Of a stretch of 64,000 nt of DNA, positions 1 to 11,368 are shown one piece after another. The notes under the pieces were generated by a model, which worked only from the letters and a program-made list of their open reading frames with translations, did no database searches and had not been told where the DNA came from. The stretch lies in assembly GCF_028858705.1 (NCBI RefSeq), contig NC_072878.1:4115923-4179922 (forward strand), written 5' to 3'. Both the position numbers and the translations under genes were made by a program. Source of the stretch: Grus americana. Lineage: Eukaryota. The number at the start of each line of letters is the position of its first letter. The first letter of the stretch is position 1.

Positions 1-1300
1 GTTCAGTTTCATGAAAGTTCATTCTTCATTAAACTGGATAATTCTTACTGTAATAATGTTACTGTGGCATAGAGCAATCATAATAATGATGACACACATT
101 ATCATATAGCAATTAACATCATACAATCAAAAAACATTGCTGTTCTCACCCAAAATCAAATCCCCTTGAGGTACACATTGGACTGCCCCATCTTTCTGTG
201 ACAATAAGAGGTTTATGTGACACATAAGAGGTTAAAACACCGGTGTCCACTTATCTCTTATACAAACATTGTGGATGGAGATCCACAAGGTTGGTACGAG
301 AAGTAGCCGGAGGAAGTCCTATGGTGGCAAGACGGTCCAGTTTTGGCTAAGGAATGTGGAATAAACAGATAGACCGTTTCTACACAGAACCTTGAAGGTC
401 ACGGTGCCCAGAGTGAGACCTTTTGCTTCATTATCCATGAAATTAATATTAAAATTGACACCCCTAAATATGTTAATGAGCTAAAAGGAGTACATGCTAA
501 ACATAGATGACTATAATACTCGACTCTCCACCCAAATCATGTTAAACATCACCCCTGGGAGGGAACAGCTAAGGTTGGGGTATATAGGTCATTGATAAAA
601 GTTACCCCCAGGGGTGACAGAGAAGAAATTGAAGACCCCAAAGAGGCAGTCGACGGGCTGTGCTCCTTCTCCTCCACCCAAGACAGGGATGCCTTCTTGG
701 TAAGCAATTGCGATTTCACTTTTTTCGTGAGAATACACAGGGTAGTATTTTGCTAGCAATATAATTATAATCATATGTTAGCACTATTGCAGTAAGTGCA
801 TTTATCAATGGCAATTCCAAACTCTTTATATTTGTCACTTTAATAAACTTTCTATTATTTTCAACCTTGCAAAACTGTCTCAGTGAAAGCCCTTCGGGGG
901 CTCTGACAGGCAAACGTTGACTCTGATATGTCGCTCTATATATATAATCCTTTAGACATGAACAGTTGACCAAGTCTGGGACTCAGACTTGACCTATCTG
1001 CACCTAGGCTCCTCTATGAGAAGTTTAGAAAGCAAGAGGGTCCCTTCTGAACCTCGTGAACTCAGCGGGCGGATGTCCCTCAGCCACACATCAGACTTGT
1101 ACCCTTTATGTGACATCTTCTGCATCACCCACCAAGTGCATCCAGGTCCTTGATCAAAAGCAGCCCCATGTATGGGTTTGCCTTTGCCTGAAGCAGGGCT
1201 AACCCAGACTGTCTTCCCCAACATATTCTTCATGTGCACAATGGGGACTTTATCTCCTTCTATCTATAGTACGTAAAAGGTTTGACTGGGTAGGGCCAGC

Positions 1301-2269
1301 TCAATTGCTAGATCCCCTAGTGTTGACTAACCAGTTGGCCTTCGATAAATGTGTATCCCAATGTTTGAAGGTCCCAACACCCATTGCTCTCAGTGGAGTC
1401 TTTAACAGTCCATTGCATTTTTCAATTTTCCCGGAGTCTGGTACATGGTAGGGGATGTGATACACCCACTCAATACCATGCTCTTTGGCCCAGGGGTCTA
1501 TGAGATTGTTTGGGAAATGAGTCCTGTTGTCTGACTCAATTCTCTCTGGGGTGCCATGTCGCCACAGGACTTGCTTTTCAAGGCCCAGAATAGTGTTCCA
1601 GGCAGTGGCATGGGGCACAGGATATGTTTCCAGCCATCCAGTGGTTGCTTCCACCATTGTAAGAACATAACACCTGCCTTGGCGGGTTTGTGGGAGCGTG
1701 ATGTAGTCAATTTGCCATGCTCCCCCATATTTATATTTCAGCCATCGGCCTCCATACCACAGAGGCTTTACCTGCTTGGCTTGCTTGATGGCGGCGCATG
1801 TTTCACATTGATGGATGACCTGTGAGATGGCGTCCATGCTCAAGTCCACCCCTCGATCACGGGCCCATCTATATGTTGCATCTCTTCCTTGATGGCCTGA
1901 GGTGTCATGGGCCCACCGAGCTATAAATAGTTCACCCTTACGCTGCCAGTCCAAATCCACCTGAGCCACTTCAATCTTGGCAGCCTGATCCACCTGCTGG
2001 TTGTTCTGATGTTCCTCAGTGGCCCGACTCTTGGGTACGTGGGCATCTACATGATGTACCTTTACAACCAGCTTCTCTAGCCAGGCAGCAATATCTTGCC
2101 ACAACGGGGCAGCCCAGATGGGTTTGCCTCTGCGTTGCCAGTTGCTCCGCTTCCACTGCTGTAACCACCCCCACAGGGCATTGGCCACCATCCATGAGTC
2201 AGTATAGAGGTACGGTGTTGGCCACTTTTCTCTTTCAGCAATATCTAAAGCCAGCTGGATGGCTTTCAC
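1301..2269 (-). CDS. ERV pol fragment: RNase H C-terminus plus integrase (322-aa open frame; likely relic rather than functional gene)
   Basis: 322-aa ORF with HHCC motif and integrase catalytic core motifs. No gag or protease upstream. Confidence 0.7.
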   Translation of the reverse strand: MKAIQLALDIAEREKWPTPYLYTDSWMVANALWGWLQQWKRSNWQRRGKPIWAAPLWQDIAAWLEKLVVKVHHVDAHVPKSRATEEHQNNQQVDQAAKIEVAQVDLDWQRKGELFIARWAHDTSGHQGRDATYRWARDRGVDLSMDAISQVIHQCETCAAIKQAKQVKPLWYGGRWLKYKYGGAWQIDYITLPQTRQGRCYVLTMVEATTGWLETYPVPHATAWNTILGLEKQVLWRHGTPERIESDNRTHFPNNLIDPWAKEHGIEWVYHIPYHVPDSGKIEKCNGLLKTPLRAMGVGTFKHWDTHLSKANWLVNTRGSSN

Positions 2270-2317
2270 CTCTGCAAACTGGCTCGATTCACCTTGTCCT
2301 TCAGCAGCTTCTGCAAC

Positions 2318-2926
2318 TCACTGTGTAGGACTCCATGCAGCGGCCTTCCACCTTCGATGCTTTCCCACAATGCGGCAGGACCCATCAGTGAAGAGGGCAT
2401 ATGGTTTCTCATCTTCTGTTAGTTTATTATACGGTGGGGCTTCTTCAGCACGTGTCACCTCCTCCTCTGGCGACATTCTGAAATCTTTCCCTTCAGGCCA
2501 GTCTGTGATCACTTCCAGAATTCCTGGACGACTGGGGCTTCCTCTTCGAGCCCGCTGTGTAATCAGTGCAACCCACTTATTCCACGTAGCATCGGTTGCA
2601 TGATGTGTAGAAAGAGCCCTCTCTTTGACCATCCAGCCCAGCACTGGCAGTCGGGGTGCCAAGACGAGCTGTGCTTCAGTGCCAATCACCTCTGAAGCAG
2701 CTCGAACCCCTTCATAGGCTGCCAATATCTCCTTTTCCGTTGGAGTGTAGCGGGCCTCAGATCCTCTGTATCCCCGACTCCAAAACCCCAGGGGTCGACC
2801 TCGAGTCTCCCCTGGTGCTTTCTGCCAGAGACTCCACGTAAGGCCATTCTCCTCAGCTGCAGTGTAGAGCACGCCTTGGTGTCTGAAAAGTTTCTCAACT
2901 CTTCTCACTCCTCTCTCTGGCTGCAA
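2318..2926 (-). CDS. ERV pol fragment (RT thumb/connection into RNase H), 202-aa ORF
   Basis: Contiguous with and upstream of the integrase ORF on the minus strand. Contains TDGS-like RNase H start (ALFTDGSCRIVGKHR). Confidence 0.5.
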   Translation of the reverse strand: MQPERGVRRVEKLFRHQGVLYTAAEENGLTWSLWQKAPGETRGRPLGFWSRGYRGSEARYTPTEKEILAAYEGVRAASEVIGTEAQLVLAPRLPVLGWMVKERALSTHHATDATWNKWVALITQRARRGSPSRPGILEVITDWPEGKDFRMSPEEEVTRAEEAPPYNKLTEDEKPYALFTDGSCRIVGKHRRWKAAAWSPTQ

Positions 2927-3255
2927 AAGCTGCTGCTCCTTTTTTTTTTTTTTCCTTCTTTATGTTATCCCAGAGGTGCTACCACTGTCGCTGCTGGGCT
3001 CAGCCTTGGCCAGTGGTAGGTCTGTTTTGGAGCTGGCTGGCATTGGCTCTGTTGGACCTAGGGGAAGCTTCTAGCAGCTTCTCGCAGAAGCCACCCCTGT
3101 AGCCTCCCCACCCCCCCCCCACTACCAAAACCTTGCCACACAAACCCAAAACACCTTGGGGCAGTAGGACTCTGTCCAAGACGTGGCCCATCACATCTCT
3201 GTGTTTAAGCAAAAACGTGTTCAGTTCACCTAAAGGGGTACAAGAAAAACTTCCC
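2880..3255 (-). repeat. Truncated LTR (first about 370 bp of the avian LTR family also present at 8380-9435 and 20190-21400), fused directly to ERV pol
   Basis: Sequence ...gtgttttgggtttgtgtggcaaggttttggtagtgggggg...ctacaggggtggcttctgcgagaagctgctagaagcttcccctaggtccaacagagccaatgccagccagctccaaaacagacctaccactggccaaggctgagcc is near-identical (reverse complement) to the start of the LTR at 20190. Confidence 0.6.
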
Positions 3256-4835
3256 AACACCTGTCCCCCACGCCAGTAGCTGGTTTTGGGGACTCACACC
3301 ATTCTGCCCCACTGGCTAGAGCCCCAGATACCCACTGATCCTGGTTTGACTCCTGTTGCTGGCCCCAAACCCATTCATATCAGTCTCTCTCCACAATTGC
3401 TGGCACTTAATCCTTGCAACACACACACACCCACACCCAACCACCCCCCCAACCAGGCCCTACATCCCAGACCCTCTGGTTTGTATCCTGATGGGTTGCC
3501 AAGTCAGGCTTTGCCTGCAGTGCCTTGACAGAGGCCATCAGTCAGTGCCACTGTGGTCTCCAGGGGTGGTCTCCTTACTGCCTCCCTTATCACTTGCTGG
3601 TCAGGTCAGTTCTTGTTTAAGACTTCTGCCTTTTCTTATTATCTTCTTCTGCATTGAAAAAGGCCCCTGGTCAGATACCCTTAAAGGAACAGACACTCTC
3701 TCCTTCCACATGGCCCTCCACGCACCACCACCAAGGACAAACAGGAGAGCAGCAGGAGGGTCTCTGCAGAGACCCAAAGCAGGGGTGACACCTACCCCTG
3801 TGGTGCAGGACAGAATGTACAGCTAGAGACCACCTCTAGAGGAGCACTGGACCCAGGAAAACCCTCCCCACAGCGGGAGGGGATGGAAACTGGTGGCTTC
3901 TGGCTCCTTCTATTCCTGCCAAGCTGCAGGTACATGGAAAGTGCAGCCCCTGGAGAGAGGTGAGGAGGAGCCAGGCACATCAGGGAAACATCAGAGCCAG
4001 ATGAACAGCCCATGGCACAGGATGGGCTGGGAATGACTGCTGCAGAAGCAACTTTGCAGAAAAGGACCTCGGGGTCCTTGTGAACAAGAATCTGAACTGG
4101 GTTCATCAGTATGCCCTTGCAGCTGAGAAGGGCAAGAGCATCCTGGGCTGCACAAGCGGGCAGCAGAGCGAGGGAAGGGATTCTTCAGCCTTTCTGAGAC
4201 CACATCTGAACGCTGTCCCTGGTGATGGTCTCTGGGGCGAGGGCAGCGGGGAGTCAGCAAAAGGACTAGGGAGCTGAAGTTGTTCTCCCGGGGCAGTCAC
4301 AGCAGGTCACAGGCTAGCACACAAGAGGCACACTCCTCAGGGAGGTTTCTGAGGGAAAAGCTGTCCCCAGCCCAGGCAGAGGGGAGGTGGCCTCTTCCTG
4401 CATGTCCCTGCCATGCTTGCCATGCCACGAGCCCACCTCAGCACCCCACCTCAGCCTGCTCCTGGGAGGCTTCACACAGCCCTCCAAGGCTGCTGCAGCT
4501 GCCTCCCACTCAGGGGCTGCCTGGCAGCAGAAAGATTGAGCACCCCCATAGCCCCAGCAGTGCTGGGAGCAGGGGCAGGTGCTGGGACGTCAGGGCGAGC
4601 AACACAGGAGCTGGGACATCAAGGTGAGCAACGCAGAGCTCCCAGCTTGTGGCCAGCCCACTGGCTCACAGTCACGCTGGCCGGAGCAGAAGGTCAGATC
4701 CGAAGCTGCATGGGTTAAACAGAGAGGTTTGCCCAGCTGTGCCTAAGGATGAGCCATGCAGGAGCAGCTCTGGCAGTACTTTACTGGCAGTAAAGAATAA
4801 AGGGGCTCGATTGCCATGGAGTAGAGAGATGGAGA

Positions 4836-4915
4836 AGGCAGGCAAGCAAGCAAGCACGCAAGCAGGCACACAAGCAAGCAAGCAGGCACACAAGCAAGCA
4901 AAGCGAAGCAAAGCA
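4836..4915. repeat. Microsatellite (GCAAGCAA / CAAG-rich)
   Basis: ggcaagcaagcaagcacgcaagcaggcacacaagcaagcaagcaggcacacaagcaagcaaagcgaagcaaagcaagcc. Confidence 0.6.
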
Positions 4916-7387
4916 AGCCAGTGAACTGGCACTGGGGACCCAGACCCCACTCCCCCCCAGACTGAAGGTATAATTGTGCCTTTGCTCACACCAGAAACCT
5001 GCTGTCTGTCCTCAGCCAGAGGACAATCACACTGGAAGTTCCCTCAGGCCGTAACTGGGAAATCTTCCAGATGCTGGGGAAGCCATTTCGGGCGGGGGGT
5101 GGGGGGGGCGTGTGTGTCCTGGGGAGATGGACCTGCTGGGTCAAATTGAGACTTGCCAAATTAGCAAAGGACTGACTGAAGGCAGGATTCCTTGTCTGTA
5201 GTAGGAATCCTGTTTCACCAGCAAGTGTTTTTGAGGGACCCTATAACAAAATGCATGTGCTTGTACATTCATGCTCCTGCATTTTATTTTGGTCAAATAA
5301 GGCTCTGAATTTAGGAATATTGTGACGTGTGTGTGCATCTTGTTGGGAACTTGGACCTTAGCCTGCACACTTGCTGCCTTTGGCCTTAACAAGCCCAAGT
5401 GTGTGGCACCATTTCAACTGATCTCCCCAAATCACTTTCATTTTTGCACTTTGTATTGCTTCCTTGACAGAGTAGATTTTTTTTCTTTTTTTGTCCGAGC
5501 TTATCCAGGGATATGTGTCTCAATGAATACTTATGTGCCAGGAAAAGTGACAATTACCCCACTAGGTCTGTGGCTTTTGAGTATTTGCCTAACCCTTTAC
5601 CCTCTGGTATCTTTAAGACTGGCCCCACTCTGCACTAGGTGGCATCTGGCAATGGGCTGTCCCGGGTCTGGGTCACTGCTTGCTTTTTAGCACCTGGACT
5701 GATTGCAGTAAACCCGTAGTATGGACTCCCTTGCACCCATACTGTACAGGAACCACACTAGGTGCAGTGTGTTGGACTGAAGGCAGGCCCTCACTCCTCC
5801 ATGCACACAGTGACAAATTAAGCAATTTTATTCTGCTGCCCCAAACCTGGAAGACAAGCCCTGCAGCAAAAGTGGAAGGCTTGTGAGGGAGGGTGGTGAC
5901 TACAAGGATCAGAAGTGCATCTGATAGTCTGGCTCTCTGGGGGCTCAGAAGCAACTGAACTCGGAAAGAAAGGAAATCTGGAATTAGTTCTTACAAAAAA
6001 CACATCTAAAAAACATTTTAAGTAGGTCTGTTGGAGCAACAAAATTCTTGACAGTGTGTGTTTATGTAAAGGCAGTGTGGGAAGTCCACAATGCAAAACA
6101 GACCAGCAGTTCTCACTAACAGGATGCTACTAAACGCCCTGAGTGATTAAACAAGGGGAAAGACCCTGGAGGGCTGACAGCTTTAAAGGAGCAGATCCCA
6201 TCTCTGCCTCTGTGAGGCTTATGTCAGTCACTGCAAATGGGCAAAATTGAAAGGCAATAAAAAGGCAGCTTGTGCAAGTTGGACCCTGTACTATGCCTCA
6301 CAAGGGTCTGCTAACAGTAAAAGATGGAGAGGTAAAGCAGTGGCAAAAAGAAATCCAGAGCCTAAAGGAGGAGGAAATTCAAAATTAGCAGAACAAAACA
6401 CCAGAATCTGAAGAGAGGCCCACAGACAGAGCCTCAATTCACAAATTTACAAATTACAGAATTAGCGTAGTGGAAAAATACAAGATTTAGAAATAGAAGA
6501 TTTTAGAAAGAGCTAGAGACAGCTAGCACAGCAGCTCAGCTTCTGGCAGAGCAACATAAAGCTACTAAGGTAAGTCAGGATCAAGAGAATGCAGATATTG
6601 CAGATATAAGAGATTGCAGATATAAGAGAAAAACTTCACTTGCATGAAGAGTTAATAGCTGCTGTGAAGGTGGAAGAAATTCCTGATGTTTTCCTAAACC
6701 TTGAACCTTCTTGCACAAGAATTTGTTCTGAAACTTGCAAAGATATACTGCCAAAAGTTCCTTTGCATCTTTAACTGGAAGGACTCCACCCCATTAACCC
6801 AACAGTAACTTGAAAGGACAGGGAATAGAGGAGTGAGTGTTCAGGAACAATAAGGGACACTTTCAGTGCAAGCCCCAAGAAGCCGAATCCATTGCAGACC
6901 AGTTAGGTCCCTTAAATAGAAGTGCTGTAATGGACTGGTGCAGTTGAGCATGAAGCACACATCATGCTTCAATGGAGTAAACGTAGCCGAGCTGCCTCAC
7001 AGAAGTCCCTCTGATACAGATATGCATATGTTTGGGGAAGATTTAATAATTTAGCCAATCCAGACATGAACTGGAACTGCAAGAGGTTTGTGAGAAAACC
7101 TCACAAAACCTGAATTTTTATATTCCTTCAAGGAGTAAGTCTGAGGTCTACTCAGAAGAGACCACTCCTTCATCAAAACCACATTATCAAAGAAAACCAA
7201 GGCCATGCAAAGGTGCAACTCAACTCATCCTGTACTCATAATCCCTGTCCAAAGTCTCCTACATGCACACAAGATCCATCCAGAAACTGACTTTGGAAGG
7301 AACTGAGTGATCTTGAAGAAGATATGACAATCTGTCATAACCAGTCTGATATCCAGGGTCTCTATTCTGCTGCTCTCCTTCTGTGTT

Positions 7388-7725
7388 CATAGAATCATAG
7401 AATGGTTAGGGTTGGAAGGGACCTCAAAGATCATCTAGTTCCAACCCCCCCTGCTGCGGGCAGGGACACCCTCCACTAGACCACGTTGCCCAAAGTCTCA
7501 TCCAACCTGGCCTTGAACACTTCCAGGGATGGGGCATCCACAACCTCGCTGGGCAACCTGTTCCAGAGCCTCACCACTCTAACAGTAAAGAATTTCTTTC
7601 TAGCATCTAATCTAAATCGACCCTCCTTCAGCTTGAACCCATTACCCCTTGTCCTGTCACTACAATCCCTGATAAACAGTCCCTCACCATCTTTCCTGTA
7701 GGCCCCCTTCAGAACTTCACTATTT
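7388..7725 (-). mobile_element. CR1 LINE 3'-terminal fragment (same young subfamily as 10150-14455 and 21405-23560)
   Basis: Starts tcatagaatcatagaatggttagggttggaagggacctcaaagatcatctagttccaacc, the reverse complement of the CR1 3' end. About 98% identical to 21405-21740. Confidence 0.85.
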
Positions 7726-8379
7726 CATGTCGTCTGCAGTCGAGGCAGCCACTGAATGTCCTCACCCAAACTCTCCTGGTTATGAGATTCCCCTTCTTGC
7801 TATTGGGATCCACATTTTTGCCTTCACACCCCCCAAAACTCCAGCACCAAAATCACCCATGAGAATAGAGGGTCACCTCCCATTATGCAGCCAGGACCAG
7901 CCTCAAGAAGTGAGGCCCACGCTCAACATCTTCTCTGCCTGGGAGGTCTAAACCAGCTCTTCCCTCCTCTCACAAGAGGTCCATAGTGACAAGGGCACCT
8001 GTCCTGGCAAGGCCTTACATTGGAAGAGATCTGCCCTGGATGCAGGGACCAGCACCAAACCCCTGGCTCCTGAGCTGTAATCTTCAGGCCCCTCCAACAT
8101 TCCCAGGCTGCAAATGGCAGAGTTCACATCATACCAAGAAAGAGCCACACCAGTCCAGGAACTTGGTGTAATTCAACAGAACACAGCTCTGTGTGTTCCG
8201 TCCTGGCTGGCAGTTACCTCTACCTCTCCTTCCAGCCCGTAGATGGCTCTTCTCCCCACAGCTAAGGAGAGAGAAGAAAGATGCAAAGTGCAAGGCACAG
8301 GGAGAAAGGCAGAGAAATACTGCAGACTATTTCAGGCCACACATTTTTGGATGTGCCTCCAACTGCCCTTCCATGTTTG

Positions 8380-9435
8380 CCATCAAGTGACTGTGGTGGG
8401 TTGAGCCTGGCTGGGGGCCAGGTGCCCACCAGAGCCGCTCTCTCGCTCCCCTCATTCACTAAACAGGGGAGAAAAGGCATAACGAAATGCTTGCAGGTCG
8501 AGATAAGGACAGGGAGAGATCACTCTCTAATTGTTGTCACGAGCAAAACAGACCAAACTTAGAGAGGGAATTCATCTAATTTATTACTAGGCAAAACAGA
8601 GTAGAGGAATGAGAAAATAAAATCAACTCTTAAAACACTTCCCCCCACCCCTCCCATCTTCCCGGGCTCAACTTCACTCCCGGCTTCAACCTTCCCCCCC
8701 TCAGCGGCACAGGGGGACGGGGAGTGGGGGTTACGGTCAGTTCATCTCATGGTGTTTCTGCCGCCTCTTCATCCTCAGGGGGAGGACTCCTCTCATCGTT
8801 CCCCTGCTCCAGCATGGAGTCCCTCTCACGGGGTGCAGACCTTCAGGAGCAAACTGCTCCAGTGTGGGGTCCCCCACGGGGCCACAAGTCCTGCCAGCAA
8901 ACCTGCCCTGGCGTGGGCTCCCCTCTTCACGGGTCCACCGGTCCCGCCTGGAACTTGCTCCAGCGTGGGCTTCCCACGGGCCGCAGCCTCCTTCAGGTGT
9001 CTCCACCTGCTCCGGCGTGGGGTCCTCCACGGGCTGCAGGTGGAATCGCTACACTCCCTCATCCTTCCTCCATGGGCTGCAGGGGGACAGCCTGCTTCAC
9101 CATGGCCTTCACCACGGGCTGCAGGGGGATCTCTGCTCCGGCGCCTGGAGCTCCTCCTCCCCCTCCATCTGCACTGACCTTGGTGTCTGCAGAGTTTCTT
9201 ACATCTTCTCACTTCTCTCTCCGGCTGCAAAAGCTCTCTCTCCCTAAGTGTTTTTCTTCTTCTTAAATATGTTATCACAGAGGCGCTGATTGGCTTGGCC
9301 TTGGCCAGCGGCGGGCCCGTCTTAGAGCCGGCTGGCATTGGCTCTATCAGACACAGGGGGAGCTTCTAGCAGCTTCTCACAGAAGCCACCCCTGTAGCCC
9401 CCCCCGCTACCAAAACCTTGCCACACAAACCCAAC
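8380..9435 (-). mobile_element. Solo LTR of an avian ERV family
   Basis: Reverse complement of the LTR at 20190-21400. Shared blocks include ccatggaggaaggatgagggagtgtagcgattccacctgcagcccgtggaggacc and the terminal caaggttttggtagcggggggggctacagggg. No internal provirus between the two oppositely oriented copies. Confidence 0.7.
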
Positions 9436-10706
9436 ACAGTGACATAGGCTCCTGTGTCCAAACAGGGTCCCACATGCAGCCTGAGATTAGGGGCAAGCCA
9501 GAACTCACTGACATGTTTGAAAATGGGCAAAAAAAAACCCATTGGAGGGATCATTTTGCATTCAGCTGCTCAGGGCCTCTATATGCCCCATACTTTCATT
9601 CTATTCTGAGTGCCCAACAGCGACCACGTGGATGGAAGGGGTGTCTGAACCAAGGCCAGTGTGGCTTGCTGAGCGGGAAGCACGGTTGCAGTAGCAGTGG
9701 CACCTCCTCTCTCTCACTCTGGCTGAAACCCCTCCTGCCTCTCTCCTCCTTCAGCCCCTCCATGCCTGCTCCCACTTGCAGCCACAGCCCCTTCAGCTCC
9801 AAACTAGTGCCCGGCATTTGCCTGGGGCTGTAGAGAACTGCTTGGTGCTAGGGTCTAACCCAGGTCAAAAAAAGTCACAGGATGTCACATCCCACCCAGT
9901 GCCTCCAGGACTGGGATTCTGAAATCTCAGTGGGTCACTGCCACTTAACTGTCCCCAGCTTCTCCTAGACCTGGCACACACTTACTCAGTCTGTCATGTC
10001 CCCATCCTCTTGGCTGCTCTTTTGTCCTCCTCATTTGTGCAAAGGAAGTTAGCTTACACAGTCACAGTCTTCATCTGATGTCTGGTGGTACTCAAGGACT
10101 TCCTGAACACTTGGTTTTCCTCAGCCAGCTTCTCACCAGTCTTTTCTTTCCCAGCTGGGGGTAGGCATGAATGTGACCAACACAAGTGGTTGGGTTTCAG
10201 TACTTCACTGAACCTGCACAGAAGGTAGGCAGAGAGCCCTAAGCTCTGTGCTCGCCAGAAGGCATGTGGCAACACAGACAGAGCTGCCACCGAAGCATGC
10301 ACCCACCCAGCTTTCAGGCTGCAGGGAGTGTCTGAACTTGGCACTGGCAGGGGAAGGCAGAAGTGAGATTGGCTGCCTGAGGTGTGACCAGGTGGACGAT
10401 CTGCTCAGCCTGGTGGCAGAACTCTGTGAAGAAGTGGAGAGGTTAAGGAGCATCAGGGAGGCTGAGAGAAAGATAGACCGGTGGAGCCAAGCTCTGCCCT
10501 CCCTGAGACAGAAACAGGGACAGCTAACAGACCAAAGCCAAAGTGAAGGGAACCCTGCATCCTCCCCTTGCCAGGCAGAAGGCAGCAGCCTCAAAGAGGG
10601 GAGTGAATAGAAACAAGTCCACGCTTGGCATGGCAGGCGAGCCTTCTCCTCCTCACCCACCTCGCCTTCCCATTTACCCCTGTGCAACAGGTACCAGGCT
10701 CTGGCT

Positions 10707-11327
10707 GTGCAAGGCCACTCGAGTGAGGATATGGATGACAGTCAAGCTACTCCAGAGGTAGCACCTAGGCCCAAAAGGCCCATGCCTCAGGTCGTGACCA
10801 CCCCAACAAAGAAGAAAAGGAGGGTTATAGTTGTAGGGGACTCCCTTCTGAAGGGTACAGAGGGCCCGATATGCAGGGCAGACTCTCCCCTCAGAGAAGT
10901 CTGCTGCCTCCCTAGGGCCTGTGTCAAGGACACCGCTAGGAAACTCCCCAGCCTGGTACAGCCCTCTGACTACTACCCACTGCTGCTCCTCCATGTGGGT
11001 GGGGATGAAGCAGAGACACGTACCACGAAAGCAATCAAAAGGGACTTCAGGCTCTTAGGACAGTCACTGAAGGATTCGGGGGCACAGGTAATATTCTCCT
11101 CCCTCCTTCCAGTTAAGGGCAGCAATGTTGGGAGGAACAGGCGGACACAGTTGATAAATGCATGGCTCCACAGCTGGTGTCAACACCACAACTTTAGGTT
11201 CTTTGACAATGGGGCGGCCTACACGGCACCGGGCCTGATGAACCCTGATGGGATTCATCTCTCTCAAAGGGGGAAGAGGATCTTTGCCCAGGAACTAGCG
11301 GGGCTCATCGACAGAGCTTTAAACTAG
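10707..11327 (+). CDS. CR1 ORF1 (206 aa, esterase/SGNH-hydrolase-like C-terminal domain typical of CR1 ORF1)
   Basis: [11 protein letters not shown]...[38 protein letters not shown]...[67 protein letters not shown]... Confidence 0.7.
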   Translation: MQGHSSEDMDDSQATPEVAPRPKRPMPQVVTTPTKKKRRVIVVGDSLLKGTEGPICRADSPLREVCCLPRACVKDTARKLPSLVQPSDYYPLLLLHVGGDEAETRTTKAIKRDFRLLGQSLKDSGAQVIFSSLLPVKGSNVGRNRRTQLINAWLHSWCQHHNFRFFDNGAAYTAPGLMNPDGIHLSQRGKRIFAQELAGLIDRALN

Positions 11328-11368
11328 GCTCGAAGAGGGAGGGGGATAACATCAGGCTTGCCAGCGAC

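Larger units (their letters stand above)
1..2930 (-). mobile_element. Endogenous retrovirus (class I, gamma/epsilon-like) internal region, internally deleted provirus; minus-strand ORFs for RT-connection/RNase H, integrase and downstream fragments
   Basis: Minus-strand ORFs 2318-2926 and 1301-2269 translate to retroviral pol. The integrase has an HHCC zinc-binding motif (HQCETCAAIKQ) and a core with WQIDYITLP...VLTMVEATTGWLETYP...ESDNRTHF...GKIEKCNGLLK, matching a gamma-type DDE integrase pattern. ORFs 994-1239 and 589-973 continue pol/env-like sequence. A truncated LTR abuts at 2880-3255. Confidence 0.75.

Noticed and set aside
8724-9338. 180-aa and 170-aa ORFs
   Set aside because: Lie within the inverted LTR copy. 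Same reasoning as above.
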